Positions 8,600 through 19,700 of a stretch of 64,000 nt of DNA are shown here, in pieces. This stretch comes from Candidatus Multivoradales bacterium (lineage in GTDB: Bacteria; Acidobacteriota; Thermoanaerobaculia; Multivoradales; Multivoraceae), in contig CBDCWI010000001.1 in assembly GCA_965223325.1 (NCBI GenBank), forward strand, positions 544,001-608,000. Direction: 5' to 3'. Made by a program: the position numbers and the translations under genes. The notes under the pieces were generated by a model that had not been told where the DNA came from, searched no databases, and was given only the letters and a program-made list of their open reading frames with translations. Every line of letters starts with the position of its first letter. Position 1 is the stretch's first letter.

Positions 8600-10222
8600 A
8601 TGGAAGCCCACGCTGCACCCCCCAAGAGCGGTGCACAGGCAAGGTCAGCCTTTCGACAAGCGGACATTCTCGAGATCGTGCGCCAGCCACGCCAGCCGGT
8701 CAACATCGTCCTCGACCCAGGCACAGGGGCGCGTGGCGTAGCCCTCGCCGAGGCCTACGGAGAGCCAAGGACCAATGGACATCCCGGTCCCGAGGTGCTC
8801 ACAACCCTCCCGGCGCTCTTCCCGGAGTGGCTCGGCGACCGTTCGTTCACCGACACCCACGGCGTTCGCTACGCCTACGCGTCGGGCGCGATGGCCAATG
8901 GCATCGCCTCGGCACGGCTGGTGATCGAGATGACTCGCGCTGGTTTCCTGTCTTTCTTCGGCGCCGCGGGCCTGACGCCCACGCGTGTGAACCAGGCCTT
9001 GGATGAAATCGAGGCCGCGGTCGGGACCGCCGCCGACGGCGCGATCTGGGGCGCCAACCTGATCCACTCTCCCAACGAACCGGCCATCGAAGCCTCTGTC
9101 GCCGAGCTCTATGTCCGGCGCGGCGTACGGCGCGTCTCGGCGGCAGCGTACATGGGTCTAACGCCGCACATCGTGCGCTATGCCGCCACCGGTCTCGAGC
9201 GTGTCGCCGACGGCCGCATCGTCCGTCGCAACCATGTCTTTGCAAAGGTATCGCGCCCCGAAGTGGCACGGCACTTCATGCAGCCGCCACCCGCCGACCT
9301 TCTCGACGGGTTGGTCGCCGACGGCAAACTGACCCAGAACGAGGCTCTGCTGGCGCGCGAGCTGCCGGTCGCCGAAGACTTCACCGTCGAGTCAGACTCC
9401 GGCGGTCACACCGACAACCGTCCCCTCGGCGCTCTCTTGCCCACCATCCTGGCGCTGGCTTCTGAGATCAGCGAAGAGCGTTCGTACCATCGTCCGTTGC
9501 GCGTCGGCGCGGCCGGTGGGCTCGGAACACCGGGTGCGGTCGCCGCGGCGTTCGCGCTCGGGGCGTCCTATGTCCTGACCGGCTCGGTCAACCAGGGCTG
9601 CATCGAATCGGGCCTCGACGCGCTTGGCAAGACCATGCTGGCCGACGCCGGCATCGCCGACGTGGTAATGGCGCCGGCCGCCGACATGTTCGAGCTCGGG
9701 GTCGAAGTCCAGGTTCTAAAGCGCGGCACGATGTTCGGCGTGCGAGCCAAGAAGCTCTACGAGCTCTACCGCGAGTACGATGCCCTCGAGGCCCTTCCCG
9801 ACGACGAACGCCAGCGCCTCGAGCGCGAGGTGCTGCAGAAGACCGTCGAGCAGTCCTGGGCCGACACGCGCGAGTTCTGGCTCCAGCGCGACCCGGGTGA
9901 AGTCGAGCGTGCCGAGCGTGACCCGCGTCACAAGATGGCCCTGGTGTTTCGCTCTTACCTCGGCCTCGCCAGCCGCTGGGCGATCGACGGCCAGAGTGAC
10001 CGCCGTCTCGACTACCAGATCTGGTGCGGGCCCGCGATGGGCGCCTTCAACACCTGGGTGCGCGGCAGTTTCCTCGAGGACCCAGCCGAACGTCGCGTCG
10101 TGCAAGTGGCGCGCAACCTCATGGAGGGCGCAGCGGTGATCACACGCGCGCAGCAGCTGCGCAGCTTCGGCGTTCCCGTCCCGCCCGCCGCCTTCTCTTT
10201 CCGCCCTCGCCTTCTCACCTGA
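8600..10222 (+). CDS. pfaD: PUFA synthase enoyl reductase (PfaD / myxobacterial Pfa1)
   Basis: GAMANGIAS, NLIHSPNEP, ESDSGGHTDNR, VGAAGGLGTP, MAPAADMFELGV.VQVLKRGT.F, DYQIWCGPAMGAFN. Confidence 0.95.
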   Translation: MEAHAAPPKSGAQARSAFRQADILEIVRQPRQPVNIVLDPGTGARGVALAEAYGEPRTNGHPGPEVLTTLPALFPEWLGDRSFTDTHGVRYAYASGAMANGIASARLVIEMTRAGFLSFFGAAGLTPTRVNQALDEIEAAVGTAADGAIWGANLIHSPNEPAIEASVAELYVRRGVRRVSAAAYMGLTPHIVRYAATGLERVADGRIVRRNHVFAKVSRPEVARHFMQPPPADLLDGLVADGKLTQNEALLARELPVAEDFTVESDSGGHTDNRPLGALLPTILALASEISEERSYHRPLRVGAAGGLGTPGAVAAAFALGASYVLTGSVNQGCIESGLDALGKTMLADAGIADVVMAPAADMFELGVEVQVLKRGTMFGVRAKKLYELYREYDALEALPDDERQRLEREVLQKTVEQSWADTREFWLQRDPGEVERAERDPRHKMALVFRSYLGLASRWAIDGQSDRRLDYQIWCGPAMGAFNTWVRGSFLEDPAERRVVQVARNLMEGAAVITRAQQLRSFGVPVPPAAFSFRPRLLT

Positions 10223-10243
10223 ACGCTTTTCCGAGACCAGCCG

Positions 10244-13200
10244 ATGAAGATCTCTCCCGCCGACCGCTCCCCGATCGCCATTACCGGAATCAGCGCCCTT
10301 TTCCCCGGGTCGCTCGACGCCACCGGTTTCTGGCGCGACATTCTCGCCGGAGAAGACCGCATCACCGAAGTGCCAACGTCGCACTGGTTGATCGAGGACT
10401 ACTACGATCCCGACCCGACGGTCCCCGACAAGACCTACGGCAAGCGCGGCGGGTTTCTCAGAGACGTGCCATTCGACTCGATGGCCTGGGGGATTCCCCC
10501 CAACATCGTGCCCGAGACCGACACCTCGCAGCTCCTTGCCTTGATCGTCGCGCAGGCAGTTCTCGACGACGCGACGAAGGCGGGGAACGGGGTCGATCGG
10601 GATCGCACATCGGTCATTCTGGGAGTGACCTCGGGCCAGGAGCTCCTCGGTTCGATGGTCAGCCGGCTGCAGCGGCCGGTATGGATCAAAGCGCTGCGTG
10701 AGTCTGGCGTACCCGAGACTGAGGCGATCGCGATCTGCGAGCGCATTGCTTCGCACTACACCGACTGGAACGAGAGCACCTTCCCGGGCCTACTCGGCAA
10801 CGTCGTCGCCGGTCGCATCGCCAACCGCCTCGATCTCGGTGGCACCAACTGCGTGACCGATGCGGCCTGCGCCTCGACCTTCTCGGCCCTGTCGATGGCG
10901 GTCTCTGAACTGCAACTCGGCGACTCGGATGCGGTGATCGCCGGCGGCGTCGATGCGATGAACGACATCTTCATGTTCATGTGCTTCAGCAAGACACCGG
11001 CACTCTCGCCAACCGGCGACTGCCGGCCGTTTTCTGACCAGGCCGACGGCACGATGCTCGGGGAAGGGCTCGGCATGGTGCTGCTCAAGCGCCTCGAAGA
11101 CGCCGAACGCGATGGCGACCGGATCTACGCCGTCATCAACAGCGTCGGCGCGTCGTCTGACGGCCGGTCGAAGAGTGTCTACGCGCCGGTTTCGGCCGGC
11201 CAGGCCAAAGCACTCGAGCGCGCCTACGAGCTCGCCGGCTACGGCCCCGACACGGTCGAACTGCTCGAAGCGCACGGCACCGGCACGATCGCTGGCGACG
11301 CCGCCGAGTTCAACGGCCTCTGCCTGGCGTTCGACCGCCAGCGCTCCGACCGCCAATGGTGCGCCCTCGGTTCAGTGAAGTCACAGATCGGTCATACCAA
11401 GTCGGCCGCCGGGGCCGCGGGTCTGCTCAAGGCGGTCTTGGCGGTGCACCACAAGGTGCTTCCGCCGACCATCAAGATCGACAAACCCAATCCGGCCCTC
11501 GACATCGAGACATCGCCCTTCCACTTCGCACTGCGCTCGCGCCCCTGGGTTCGAGGCAGAGATCACGAGCGGCGCGCTTCGGTGAGTTCCTTCGGCTTCG
11601 GCGGGTCGAACTTTCATGTCACCGTCTCGGAGTATCAGGAGAAAGAAGACAGCCCGGCGACCGCGGCCCCGAGGCTGCGAGCCGAGGGTGCCGAGCTGCT
11701 CTTGTTCTCGGCCGCTGAAGCTGCCGGCGTTGAAGCCCAGCTGAACGAAGCGCTCCAGATGGCCGACGAACCTGGTGCGCTCGCCTTTCTCGCCCACCGC
11801 GGCCAAGACCGATTCGACGCCCAGGCGCGCTGTCGCCTGGCGATGGTCACCAACGAAGAAGACCTCGCCGAGCGCCTGGGCGAAGCCAGCGGGCACCTCA
11901 CGCGCGCCCCTCACGAGTCGTTCGAAACCCCCTCGGGAACGCTCTACCGCGACGTGCCCGACGCCGGGTCCAGAGACGACGGCAAGACCGCGTTTCTGTT
12001 CTCCGGCCAGGGCAGCCAGTACATCGACATGGGCGGCGAGCTGGCGATGCACTTCGACAGTGCGCGCGAACCGTGGGATCTCGCCGCAGACTTCGACTGG
12101 ACGAGCTCGGGTGAGGAGAATCATCGCCTCCATCAGGTGGTGTTCCCACCCAACGCCTTCTCTGACCAGGCGCGGGCCGAGCACAGCGGGCGTTTGTCGG
12201 CGACCGAATGGGCGCAGCCCGCGATCGGATGCGTGAGCCTCTCGATGCTTTCACTCCTCGGCGACCTCGGCCTGGCTGCCGATGCATTCGCCGGCCACAG
12301 CTTCGGCGAGGTCACCGCTCTGTGTGCGGCGGGCGCCATCTCGCCGGAGGATTTCTTGGAGGTCGCACGGCGTCGGGGCGAGTTGATGCGCGACGCCGCC
12401 AGTGCACCCGGCGCCATGACCGCCGTCGCGGCGACCCTCGACCAGGTCCAAAGCGTGCTCGGCGAGGGGCCCAGCGAAGTCGTGGTGGCCAACCACAACC
12501 ATCCCGAGCAGGTCGTGCTCTCAGGGCCGACCCCGGCAGTCGAAGCGATCGAAAAGCGCTTCGACAAAGAAGGCATCACGGCGCGCCGCTTGCCGGTGGC
12601 CACTGCCTTCCACTCACCGATCGTCGCGCCGGCGAGTCTTGCGTTCGGCGAGTTCCTGGCGGGAGTCGACTTCGAAGCTCCAGTTCTACCGGTCTACTCC
12701 AACACCACCGCCACTCACCACCCCACCGCGCCGGCGACGCTCCGGGAACGAATCGCCGAACAGCTCGCACACCCGGTGCGCTACGTCGACATGATCGAAG
12801 CGATGTATGCCGACGGCGTGCGCACCTTCGTCGAGGTGGGTCCCGGATCGATCCAGACCAGCCTGGTGAGAAGGATCCTAGGCGACCGGCCACACCGAGC
12901 GGTCAGCCTCGATCGCAAGGGGCAACACGGCCTGGTGCCGTTTCTGCGTGGCATCGCGACCCTGGCAGTCGACGGCCACGCGATGTCCTACGAAGCACTC
13001 TGGAAGGGCTATGACGCCCCGAGCGATCCGCGCGAGCGCCCGGTGCCGAAACTCTCGATTGCGATCAACGGCGCCAACTACGGCAAGCCCTACCCACCGC
13101 TCGAAGGAGCGAGCGTTCTGCCGGGACCCAACCCGGCACGCGAGCCGGTTGCTGCGGCCGCCCCAGCACCGGCGAAGCCGGCGGCACCTGCGCGCCCCCC

Positions 13201-16200
13201 CGCTCCGCCGGTCGCGACCGAGCCCGCAGCGCCCGGACCGCAAATGGCGGCCGCCGTGCAGGAGACGCAGCGCCAAACCGCCGAGGCCCATTCGCGGTAT
13301 CTCGAAATGATGGCCGAGAGCCACACAGCGTTTCTCGACGCCATGGAGCGCGGCATGCGCGTCGCAACCGGCGATACTTCCGGAGCGACCCTATCGACGG
13401 AGCCAGTGGCTGACCCGGTAGAACCGCTGCAACCACCTTCCTCGGCAGTTCCCGCGGCCTCACCTGCTCCACCGGTCGCGCCACCACCGGAAAGACCGGC
13501 CAGCTCGCCGCCGCAACCAGCAGCTGTCGATCTTCGCGCCGTGATGCGCCAGGTGGTCTCCGAAAAGACCGGTTACCCCAGCGAAATGCTCGACGAGAGC
13601 ATGGAGCTCGAGGGCGATCTCGGAATCGACTCGATCAAGCGTGTCGAAATCCTCTCGGAAATGACCGATCGTGCTCCCGGCCTACCCGAGCTCGACACCG
13701 CTGAGCTGGCCGAGCTGCAGACTCTCGCTCAGGTGGTCGCCTACCTCCAGGAAAGGCTACCGAGAGCAACAACAACCGCGGCGGCGCCACCGGCCCCCGA
13801 AGCCGTTTTTCCGGCAATCGACCTGCACCAGATGATGCTGCAGGTGGTTTCGGAAAAGACCGGTTACCCCGCCGAGATGCTCGACGACGCCATGGAGCTC
13901 GAAGGCGATCTCGGAATCGACTCGATCAAACGCGTTGAGATTCTCTCCGAGTTGACCGACCGCGCCCCCGGCCTGCCGGAGCTCGATACCGCTGAGCTCG
14001 CCGAACTGCAGACGCTCGGCCAGGTGGTCGCCTACCTCCAGGAAAGGCTACCGAGAGCAACAACAACCGCGGCGACGGCACCGGCCCCCGAAGCCGTTTT
14101 TCCGGCAATCGATCTGCACCAGATGATGCTGCAAGTGGTTTCGGAGAAGACCGGTTACCCCGCCGAGATGCTCGACGACGCCATGGAGCTCGAAGGCGAT
14201 CTCGGAATCGACTCGATCAAACGCGTCGAGATTCTCTCCGAGATGACCGACCGCGCCCCCGGCCTGCCTGAGCTCGATACCGCTGAGCTCGCCGAACTGC
14301 AGACCCTCGGCCAGGTCGTCGCCTATCTCGAAGCCAGGCTCCCCGGTCAAACCTCTGCGGGTACCGGAGAGCCGATGACGACTGCCGGACCCGAGACCCG
14401 CGACACGACCACTCCTGGCAGTCCGGCCTTTGGCCGCTTCGTTCTCACTCCGGTCGAGCGACCGGCGCCGGGACTGGCGGTCCGCGGCTTGTTCGGGCAG
14501 GGCCCGCTCTATGTCACCGAGGACCGGGCGTTCTCAGAGGGCGAAGGAGTCCAGGAGGCCCTGGTCAACCGGCTCCGCGCCGAGGGCATCGACGCCCGCG
14601 CCGGCAACGTCCCAGCGACCAACGGCAGCACCCCGCCGCTCGGCGTGATCGTGCTCTCAGGTCTCCGCGCAGTCGACGACGCGCAGGATGCAACGGCCGT
14701 CAATCGCGAGGCGTTCGCGCACGCCCAGGCCGCCGCTCCTTACCTCGTCGAGGCTTCCGAAGGTGTCTTCGTCACGGTGCAGAACACCGGCGGAGCCTTC
14801 GCCCACGACAAAGGCCGCGGACAGTCGGCGATGGATCCGGATCGTGCCTGGCTCGCGGGATGTGCCGCCCTCGCCCGAACGGTGGCCGCCGAGTGGCCGA
14901 GAATCGGAACCAAGGCGATCGACATCGAAGGCCACGGTCGCACGGCTCGAGAGATCGCCGATGCGATTGCTTTCGAGCTCCTCGCCGGTGGTGCCGAGCT
15001 CGATGTCGGCCTGCTCGCCGACGGGCGACGGATCCTGCTCGCTGATCCCCAGTGCGCACCGCGTCCCGAGAGGCCAGCTCTCGAAGACGGCGATGTTGTC
15101 GTCGCCGCGGGCGGTGGGCGCGGCGTCACGGCCGCGACGCTGATCGCCCTCGCCGGCACCGCGAAGCTTCGGTTCGTCTTGCTCGGCCGCACCGCAATAA
15201 CCGAAGAACCTGCCTGTTGCCGGGGGGTCCAGGGAGACGCGGAGCTCAAGCGCGCCCTCCTCACCGATGCCTCGGAGCGCGGCGAGAAGCTCAGGCCGGC
15301 CGAGCTCGGGCGAACGGTTTCGAAGATCCTCGCCAACCGCGAGATCGACGCGACTCTTTCAGCCATTCGTGCCGCCGGTTCGGAGGCACGCTACGTCGCC
15401 ACCGATGTCACCGACGCTCGAAAACTCGCCGCCTCCCTCGACGAGGTGCGCTCCTCGTGGGGCGAGATCGCCGGCGTCGTCCATGGGGCGGGAGTTCTCG
15501 CCGACAAGTTGATTGGCGAGAAGACAACCGAGCAGTTCGACCGGGTGTTCGACACCAAAGTCCTGGGTCTTCGGGCCTTGCTCGAAGCAACCGCGAAGGA
15601 CCCGCTGCGGGCGATCTGCCTGTTCAGCTCGGTCGCCGCCCGAACCGGCAACCTCGGTCAAAGTGACTACGCGATGGCCAACGAAGTGCTCAACAAGGTC
15701 GCCCAGGTCGAAGCGCGAAGGAGGGGCGACAGCTGCGTCGTCAAGGCGATGGGCTGGGGTCCCTGGAAGGGGGGCATGGTGTCCGACGAACTGGCGGCGC
15801 ACTTCGAGAGCCAGGGAGTCCCCTTGATTCCGCTCGACGTCGGCGCACAGATGCTCGTCGACGAGCTCGACCATGGTGACGCAGCAACCATCGAGGTCAC
15901 CCTCGGCGGCGATCCCGGTGGGGCGCGCATGAACGCCACCGACGGTTCATACCGAAGCGAAGTGCGCATCGACCACGAGAGTCACGCCTTTCTCTTCGAC
16001 CACAGCATCGACGGGACGCCGGTGGTGCCGATGGTGCTGGCCCTCGAGTGGTTTGCGCGCGCCGCGCGCTCGGCAGCCGGCGACCAGGTGGTCACTGGCC
16101 TGAGCGACTTCGAAGTCGTGCGCGGTATTGCACTACCGGAGCTCGACGCCCGCCCGGCACGTTTCACCATCGACGCAAAGCCAGAAGCAGGAGGAGCCGA

Positions 16201-16780
16201 GCTCGACCTCGAGCTGCGCGCTCCCGACGGCGCACTGCACTATCGGGCGCGGGCGCGGTGTGTGTCTGCCCAGGATCTCGAGCCCTCGAACGGATCAGCA
16301 GCAGAGCTCGACCTCGAGCTCGAACCGTGGGGTGACCGGGTGATCTACGACCATCCGGCGCTCTTCCACGGGCCGCGCTTCCAGGTCATCGAAGGGGTCG
16401 ACGGCCTTTCCGATCGGGGCATCGCGGTGCGCTTGCGCGGAGTCGCCGCCAGCAACTGGACCGGCAAAGGCGAACAGCCGCCGGGCTCCGCCGCCGGTGG
16501 CGGCTGGTTCACCGATCCCGCGGCGCTCGACGGCGGATTGCAAGCGGCGATCCTGTGGTGCGATCACGTCCTCGATGGCCGTGCCCTGCCCACCCGCATC
16601 GACAAAGTCGAGCTCGGTCGCGCGCTGCCCACCGGCAACGGCCTGCGTTGTGAAGTGAGTGGTCGCGAGAGTGCCAACCACCGCGGCATTTCCGATGTTC
16701 GTTTCCTCGACGGCAACGGCCAGCTCCTGTTCGAGCTGCGTGGTCTGCAGACCCACGTGCGCGCACCCTCCGCTTCGTAG
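10244..16780 (+). CDS. pfaA: PUFA synthase KS-MAT-ACPx3-KR-DH (PfaA / Pfa2)
   Basis: KS DAACAS, EAHGTGT, GHTK. MAT GHSFG and AFHS. Three ACPs with DLGIDSIKRVEIL. KR GGGRGV and DYAMAN. DH DHSIDGTPVVP. Confidence 0.95.
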   Translation: MKISPADRSPIAITGISALFPGSLDATGFWRDILAGEDRITEVPTSHWLIEDYYDPDPTVPDKTYGKRGGFLRDVPFDSMAWGIPPNIVPETDTSQLLALIVAQAVLDDATKAGNGVDRDRTSVILGVTSGQELLGSMVSRLQRPVWIKALRESGVPETEAIAICERIASHYTDWNESTFPGLLGNVVAGRIANRLDLGGTNCVTDAACASTFSALSMAVSELQLGDSDAVIAGGVDAMNDIFMFMCFSKTPALSPTGDCRPFSDQADGTMLGEGLGMVLLKRLEDAERDGDRIYAVINSVGASSDGRSKSVYAPVSAGQAKALERAYELAGYGPDTVELLEAHGTGTIAGDAAEFNGLCLAFDRQRSDRQWCALGSVKSQIGHTKSAAGAAGLLKAVLAVHHKVLPPTIKIDKPNPALDIETSPFHFALRSRPWVRGRDHERRASVSSFGFGGSNFHVTVSEYQEKEDSPATAAPRLRAEGAELLLFSAAEAAGVEAQLNEALQMADEPGALAFLAHRGQDRFDAQARCRLAMVTNEEDLAERLGEASGHLTRAPHESFETPSGTLYRDVPDAGSRDDGKTAFLFSGQGSQYIDMGGELAMHFDSAREPWDLAADFDWTSSGEENHRLHQVVFPPNAFSDQARAEHSGRLSATEWAQPAIGCVSLSMLSLLGDLGLAADAFAGHSFGEVTALCAAGAISPEDFLEVARRRGELMRDAASAPGAMTAVAATLDQVQSVLGEGPSEVVVANHNHPEQVVLSGPTPAVEAIEKRFDKEGITARRLPVATAFHSPIVAPASLAFGEFLAGVDFEAPVLPVYSNTTATHHPTAPATLRERIAEQLAHPVRYVDMIEAMYADGVRTFVEVGPGSIQTSLVRRILGDRPHRAVSLDRKGQHGLVPFLRGIATLAVDGHAMSYEALWKGYDAPSDPRERPVPKLSIAINGANYGKPYPPLEGASVLPGPNPAREPVAAAAPAPAKPAAPARPPAPPVATEPAAPGPQMAAAVQETQRQTAEAHSRYLEMMAESHTAFLDAMERGMRVATGDTSGATLSTEPVADPVEPLQPPSSAVPAASPAPPVAPPPERPASSPPQPAAVDLRAVMRQVVSEKTGYPSEMLDESMELEGDLGIDSIKRVEILSEMTDRAPGLPELDTAELAELQTLAQVVAYLQERLPRATTTAAAPPAPEAVFPAIDLHQMMLQVVSEKTGYPAEMLDDAMELEGDLGIDSIKRVEILSELTDRAPGLPELDTAELAELQTLGQVVAYLQERLPRATTTAATAPAPEAVFPAIDLHQMMLQVVSEKTGYPAEMLDDAMELEGDLGIDSIKRVEILSEMTDRAPGLPELDTAELAELQTLGQVVAYLEARLPGQTSAGTGEPMTTAGPETRDTTTPGSPAFGRFVLTPVERPAPGLAVRGLFGQGPLYVTEDRAFSEGEGVQEALVNRLRAEGIDARAGNVPATNGSTPPLGVIVLSGLRAVDDAQDATAVNREAFAHAQAAAPYLVEASEGVFVTVQNTGGAFAHDKGRGQSAMDPDRAWLAGCAALARTVAAEWPRIGTKAIDIEGHGRTAREIADAIAFELLAGGAELDVGLLADGRRILLADPQCAPRPERPALEDGDVVVAAGGGRGVTAATLIALAGTAKLRFVLLGRTAITEEPACCRGVQGDAELKRALLTDASERGEKLRPAELGRTVSKILANREIDATLSAIRAAGSEARYVATDVTDARKLAASLDEVRSSWGEIAGVVHGAGVLADKLIGEKTTEQFDRVFDTKVLGLRALLEATAKDPLRAICLFSSVAARTGNLGQSDYAMANEVLNKVAQVEARRRGDSCVVKAMGWGPWKGGMVSDELAAHFESQGVPLIPLDVGAQMLVDELDHGDAATIEVTLGGDPGGARMNATDGSYRSEVRIDHESHAFLFDHSIDGTPVVPMVLALEWFARAARSAAGDQVVTGLSDFEVVRGIALPELDARPARFTIDAKPEAGGAELDLELRAPDGALHYRARARCVSAQDLEPSNGSAAELDLELEPWGDRVIYDHPALFHGPRFQVIEGVDGLSDRGIAVRLRGVAASNWTGKGEQPPGSAAGGGWFTDPAALDGGLQAAILWCDHVLDGRALPTRIDKVELGRALPTGNGLRCEVSGRESANHRGISDVRFLDGNGQLLFELRGLQTHVRAPSAS
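13529..14340 (+). repeat. Three tandem ACP-coding units, 291-bp period, near-identical DNA
   Basis: Repeated gaaaagaccggttacccc...ggcgatctcggaatcgactcgatcaa blocks starting at about 13529, 13820 and 14111. Confidence 0.9.
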
Positions 16781-16787
16781 TCAGGAG

Positions 16788-19700
16788 ATGACAACGAAGA
16801 ACAACGGCGCGCCGAACCAGGAGCGCCACGCCGCCGTCGCGCCGATCGCGATCGTAGGGCGTGCCTGCGTGCTCCCGGGAGCACTCAGCCCAGAGGCTCT
16901 CTGGGAGCACATAGCCGCCGGCTCTGACCTTCTCGGGCCGGCACCTCCGGGTCGATGGTCGAAAGAACGCTCCAACCAGAGCTACCTGTCTGACCCCGAT
17001 GAAGACCCGGTCGATCGCACCTGGTCCGACCGTGGCGGCTACGTCGAGGGCTTCGACGAGGTCTTCGACCCTGAAGGTTTCGGCGTCGTCGCAGCCGAGA
17101 TCGAAGGTCTCGACCCGCTCTTTCAGTGGACGCTGCATACGGCGCGTGAAGCGCTTCGCGACGCGGGCCTCGCCCCTGGCGACGATCCCACCCGCCGCGG
17201 TGCGGTTCTCGGCAACCTTTCGTTCCCGAGCGCCAGCCTGGCAGCCTTTGCCGACCGCGTCTGGCGCGGCGAGAGCGCCGCCGAAGAGAGCCCACCGACG
17301 GTCGATCCGCGCAACCGTTTCCACTCCGGCCTGCCGGCTCTCCTCCTCGAAGACGCGCTCGGTCTCGAAGCGGGCGCCTTTGCGCTCGACGCCGCCTGCG
17401 CCAGTTCGCTTTATGCCCTGGCCTTTGCCTGTGACCGCTTGCGCGCGGGCGAAGCCGATGTGATGCTCGCCGGGGCGGTCAACTGCTCCGACGACCTGTT
17501 CATCCACATCGGCTTCTCGGCTCTCGCCGCGCTGAGCCGGAGCGGGCAAAGTCGGCCCTTCCACGCCGAAGCCGACGGCCTGGTGCCGGCCGAAGGTGCC
17601 GCGTTCGTCGCCCTCGAGCGCCTCGAAGATGCGGTCGCCGCCGGTCGCAGAATCCATGGCGTGATCCGGGGCATTGGCCTCGCCAACGATGGGCGCGGCA
17701 AGGGCTTCCTGGTTCCAGCCTCCGAGGGCCAGGTGCGGGCGATGGAGAACGCCTACCGGCAGGCCTCTCTATCGCCGCTCGACATCGACTGGTTCGAGTG
17801 CCACGCCACCGGCACCACCGTTGGCGACGGCACTGAGCTGGCGAGTCTCGAAGCCCTCTCTGCCGTTGCGGAAGAAAAGAGCGAGACCACTAGAAGTCAG
17901 CAGCAGCCCCTCGGGTCGCTCAAGTCGAACCTCGGCCACCTGATCACGACGGCAGGACTCGCGGGGCTCATCAAAGTCCTCGAAGCAATGCGGGCCGGTG
18001 TGATGCCACCTACCCTGCACGCCCTTCACGCCCACCCGGCACTCGACGGCAGTCGCTTCCGGCTGCTCACTGAAAAGGAACCTTGGCCGGCTGGCGAAGG
18101 GCCCCGCCGCGCTGCGGTGTCGGCTTTCGGCTTTGGCGGCAACAACGCTCATCTGGTGGTCGAAGAGTGGCGACCCGAAGCTCTCCCTACCGGTCAGCTG
18201 CCAGCGCAGGCGATCGAACCGCGCCACGAGGACCTGGCGATCGTTGGCATCGATGTCGTCACCGCAGCCAGCAGTGCCAGGGCTGAAACAGCTTTTCCAG
18301 ACGTCCTCTTTGGCGATAGCCCCGGCAGCGTGGACCGCCAGATGCGCGACTTCCTGATCGATGTCAGGGCGGCCGCCATTCCTCCCCATGATCTCTCAGA
18401 GACTCTCGCCCAGCAGCTCCTCATGCAGGAGTGCGGCAGTCGCGCTGCCCGGGCGGTGTCATTCGACCGCGAACGCACCGGCGTTTTCATTGGCATGGGC
18501 GTCGACGCCGACATCGCTCGTTACGGCGCGCGTTGGCGTGCGACAGAGTCTGGCGACGACCAAGAAGCCGAAGCGGCGCGCTCACAGATCGCCCCGCGCC
18601 TGCGATCGGCCGGCGTGCTCGGCACGATGCCCAATGTCGTCGCCAATCGCCTGAATCGGCGTCTCGACATCGGCGGTGCGAGCTGCACCGTTTCGGCCGA
18701 GGAGCTTTCTGGTTTGCGCGCCCTCGAGCTGGCCTGTGCGGCGCTTCGGCGTGGCGACCTGGATGCGGCGCTGGTCGGAGCGATCGACATGTCTTCGGAA
18801 GCAGTGCACCGCACCGCCGCCAGGAGCGCCCTCGATCCCCCCCGTCGCCGCGCCGCAGATGCAGCGGTGTCGTTGGTGATCAAACGCCTGGCCGATGCGC
18901 GCCGCGACGGAGACCATGTCCACGCCGTGCTCTCCGAGTACTCAGGCAACGCAGCACCGCGCGAGCCGCGAGGCGAAGACCCAGAGGCGCTGGTCTTCGG
19001 TCTCGATGAAGGCTGTGCGCTCACTCCCCGTTTCGGACACTCGCATGCCGCCTCCGGATTGCTGCATTTGGCGGCGGCCGCTCTGGCCATCGAGCACGGG
19101 CGCCGCCCCGGCGAAGACCCGCGCGAACCGTGGCCGACCTGGCGCGGCGCGCGGCGCGCGCGGGTTGTGGTCCAAGCGATGCCGACAGCGAGTGCGCCAG
19201 GAAAACGCCGTTCCACAATGACCTGGGAGCTCGCCGCGCCCGGCGGTGCCAAGACCGCGGCAGGGACACAGCGGCCAGGAACCGCACAGCTGCTTTACGT
19301 CTACGATGGCGCGGACCGCGCCCAAGTCCTCTCTGGCCTCAAGGCCCATCGATCGTGCACTGCCGAGGAAGCACCAGCAGCGGCGGCAGGCGCCCGCCTG
19401 GTCATCGCGGCCGAAGATCGCGCCACCTTCGAGCGCCGACATGCTCGCGCTCTCCGCCATCTCGAGTCGGGAGCGCCGGCAGGTACAGGGGTTCATTTCC
19501 GCGACAGTAGAGTGACCGGCGACCTCGGCTTTGTCTTCGCCTCGGCAGGCACGGCGTACCGGGGCATGGGGGGCGACCTGCTGGCTGCCCTGCCGGGGCT
19601 CGCCGAAGAGAGCCGCGAACGATTCGGCGACCTGGACCGAAGCCTACGTTGGGCGCGCCGCCAGGAGGGCGAAGAGAGTAACGACAACGCCGAGCGTCTG

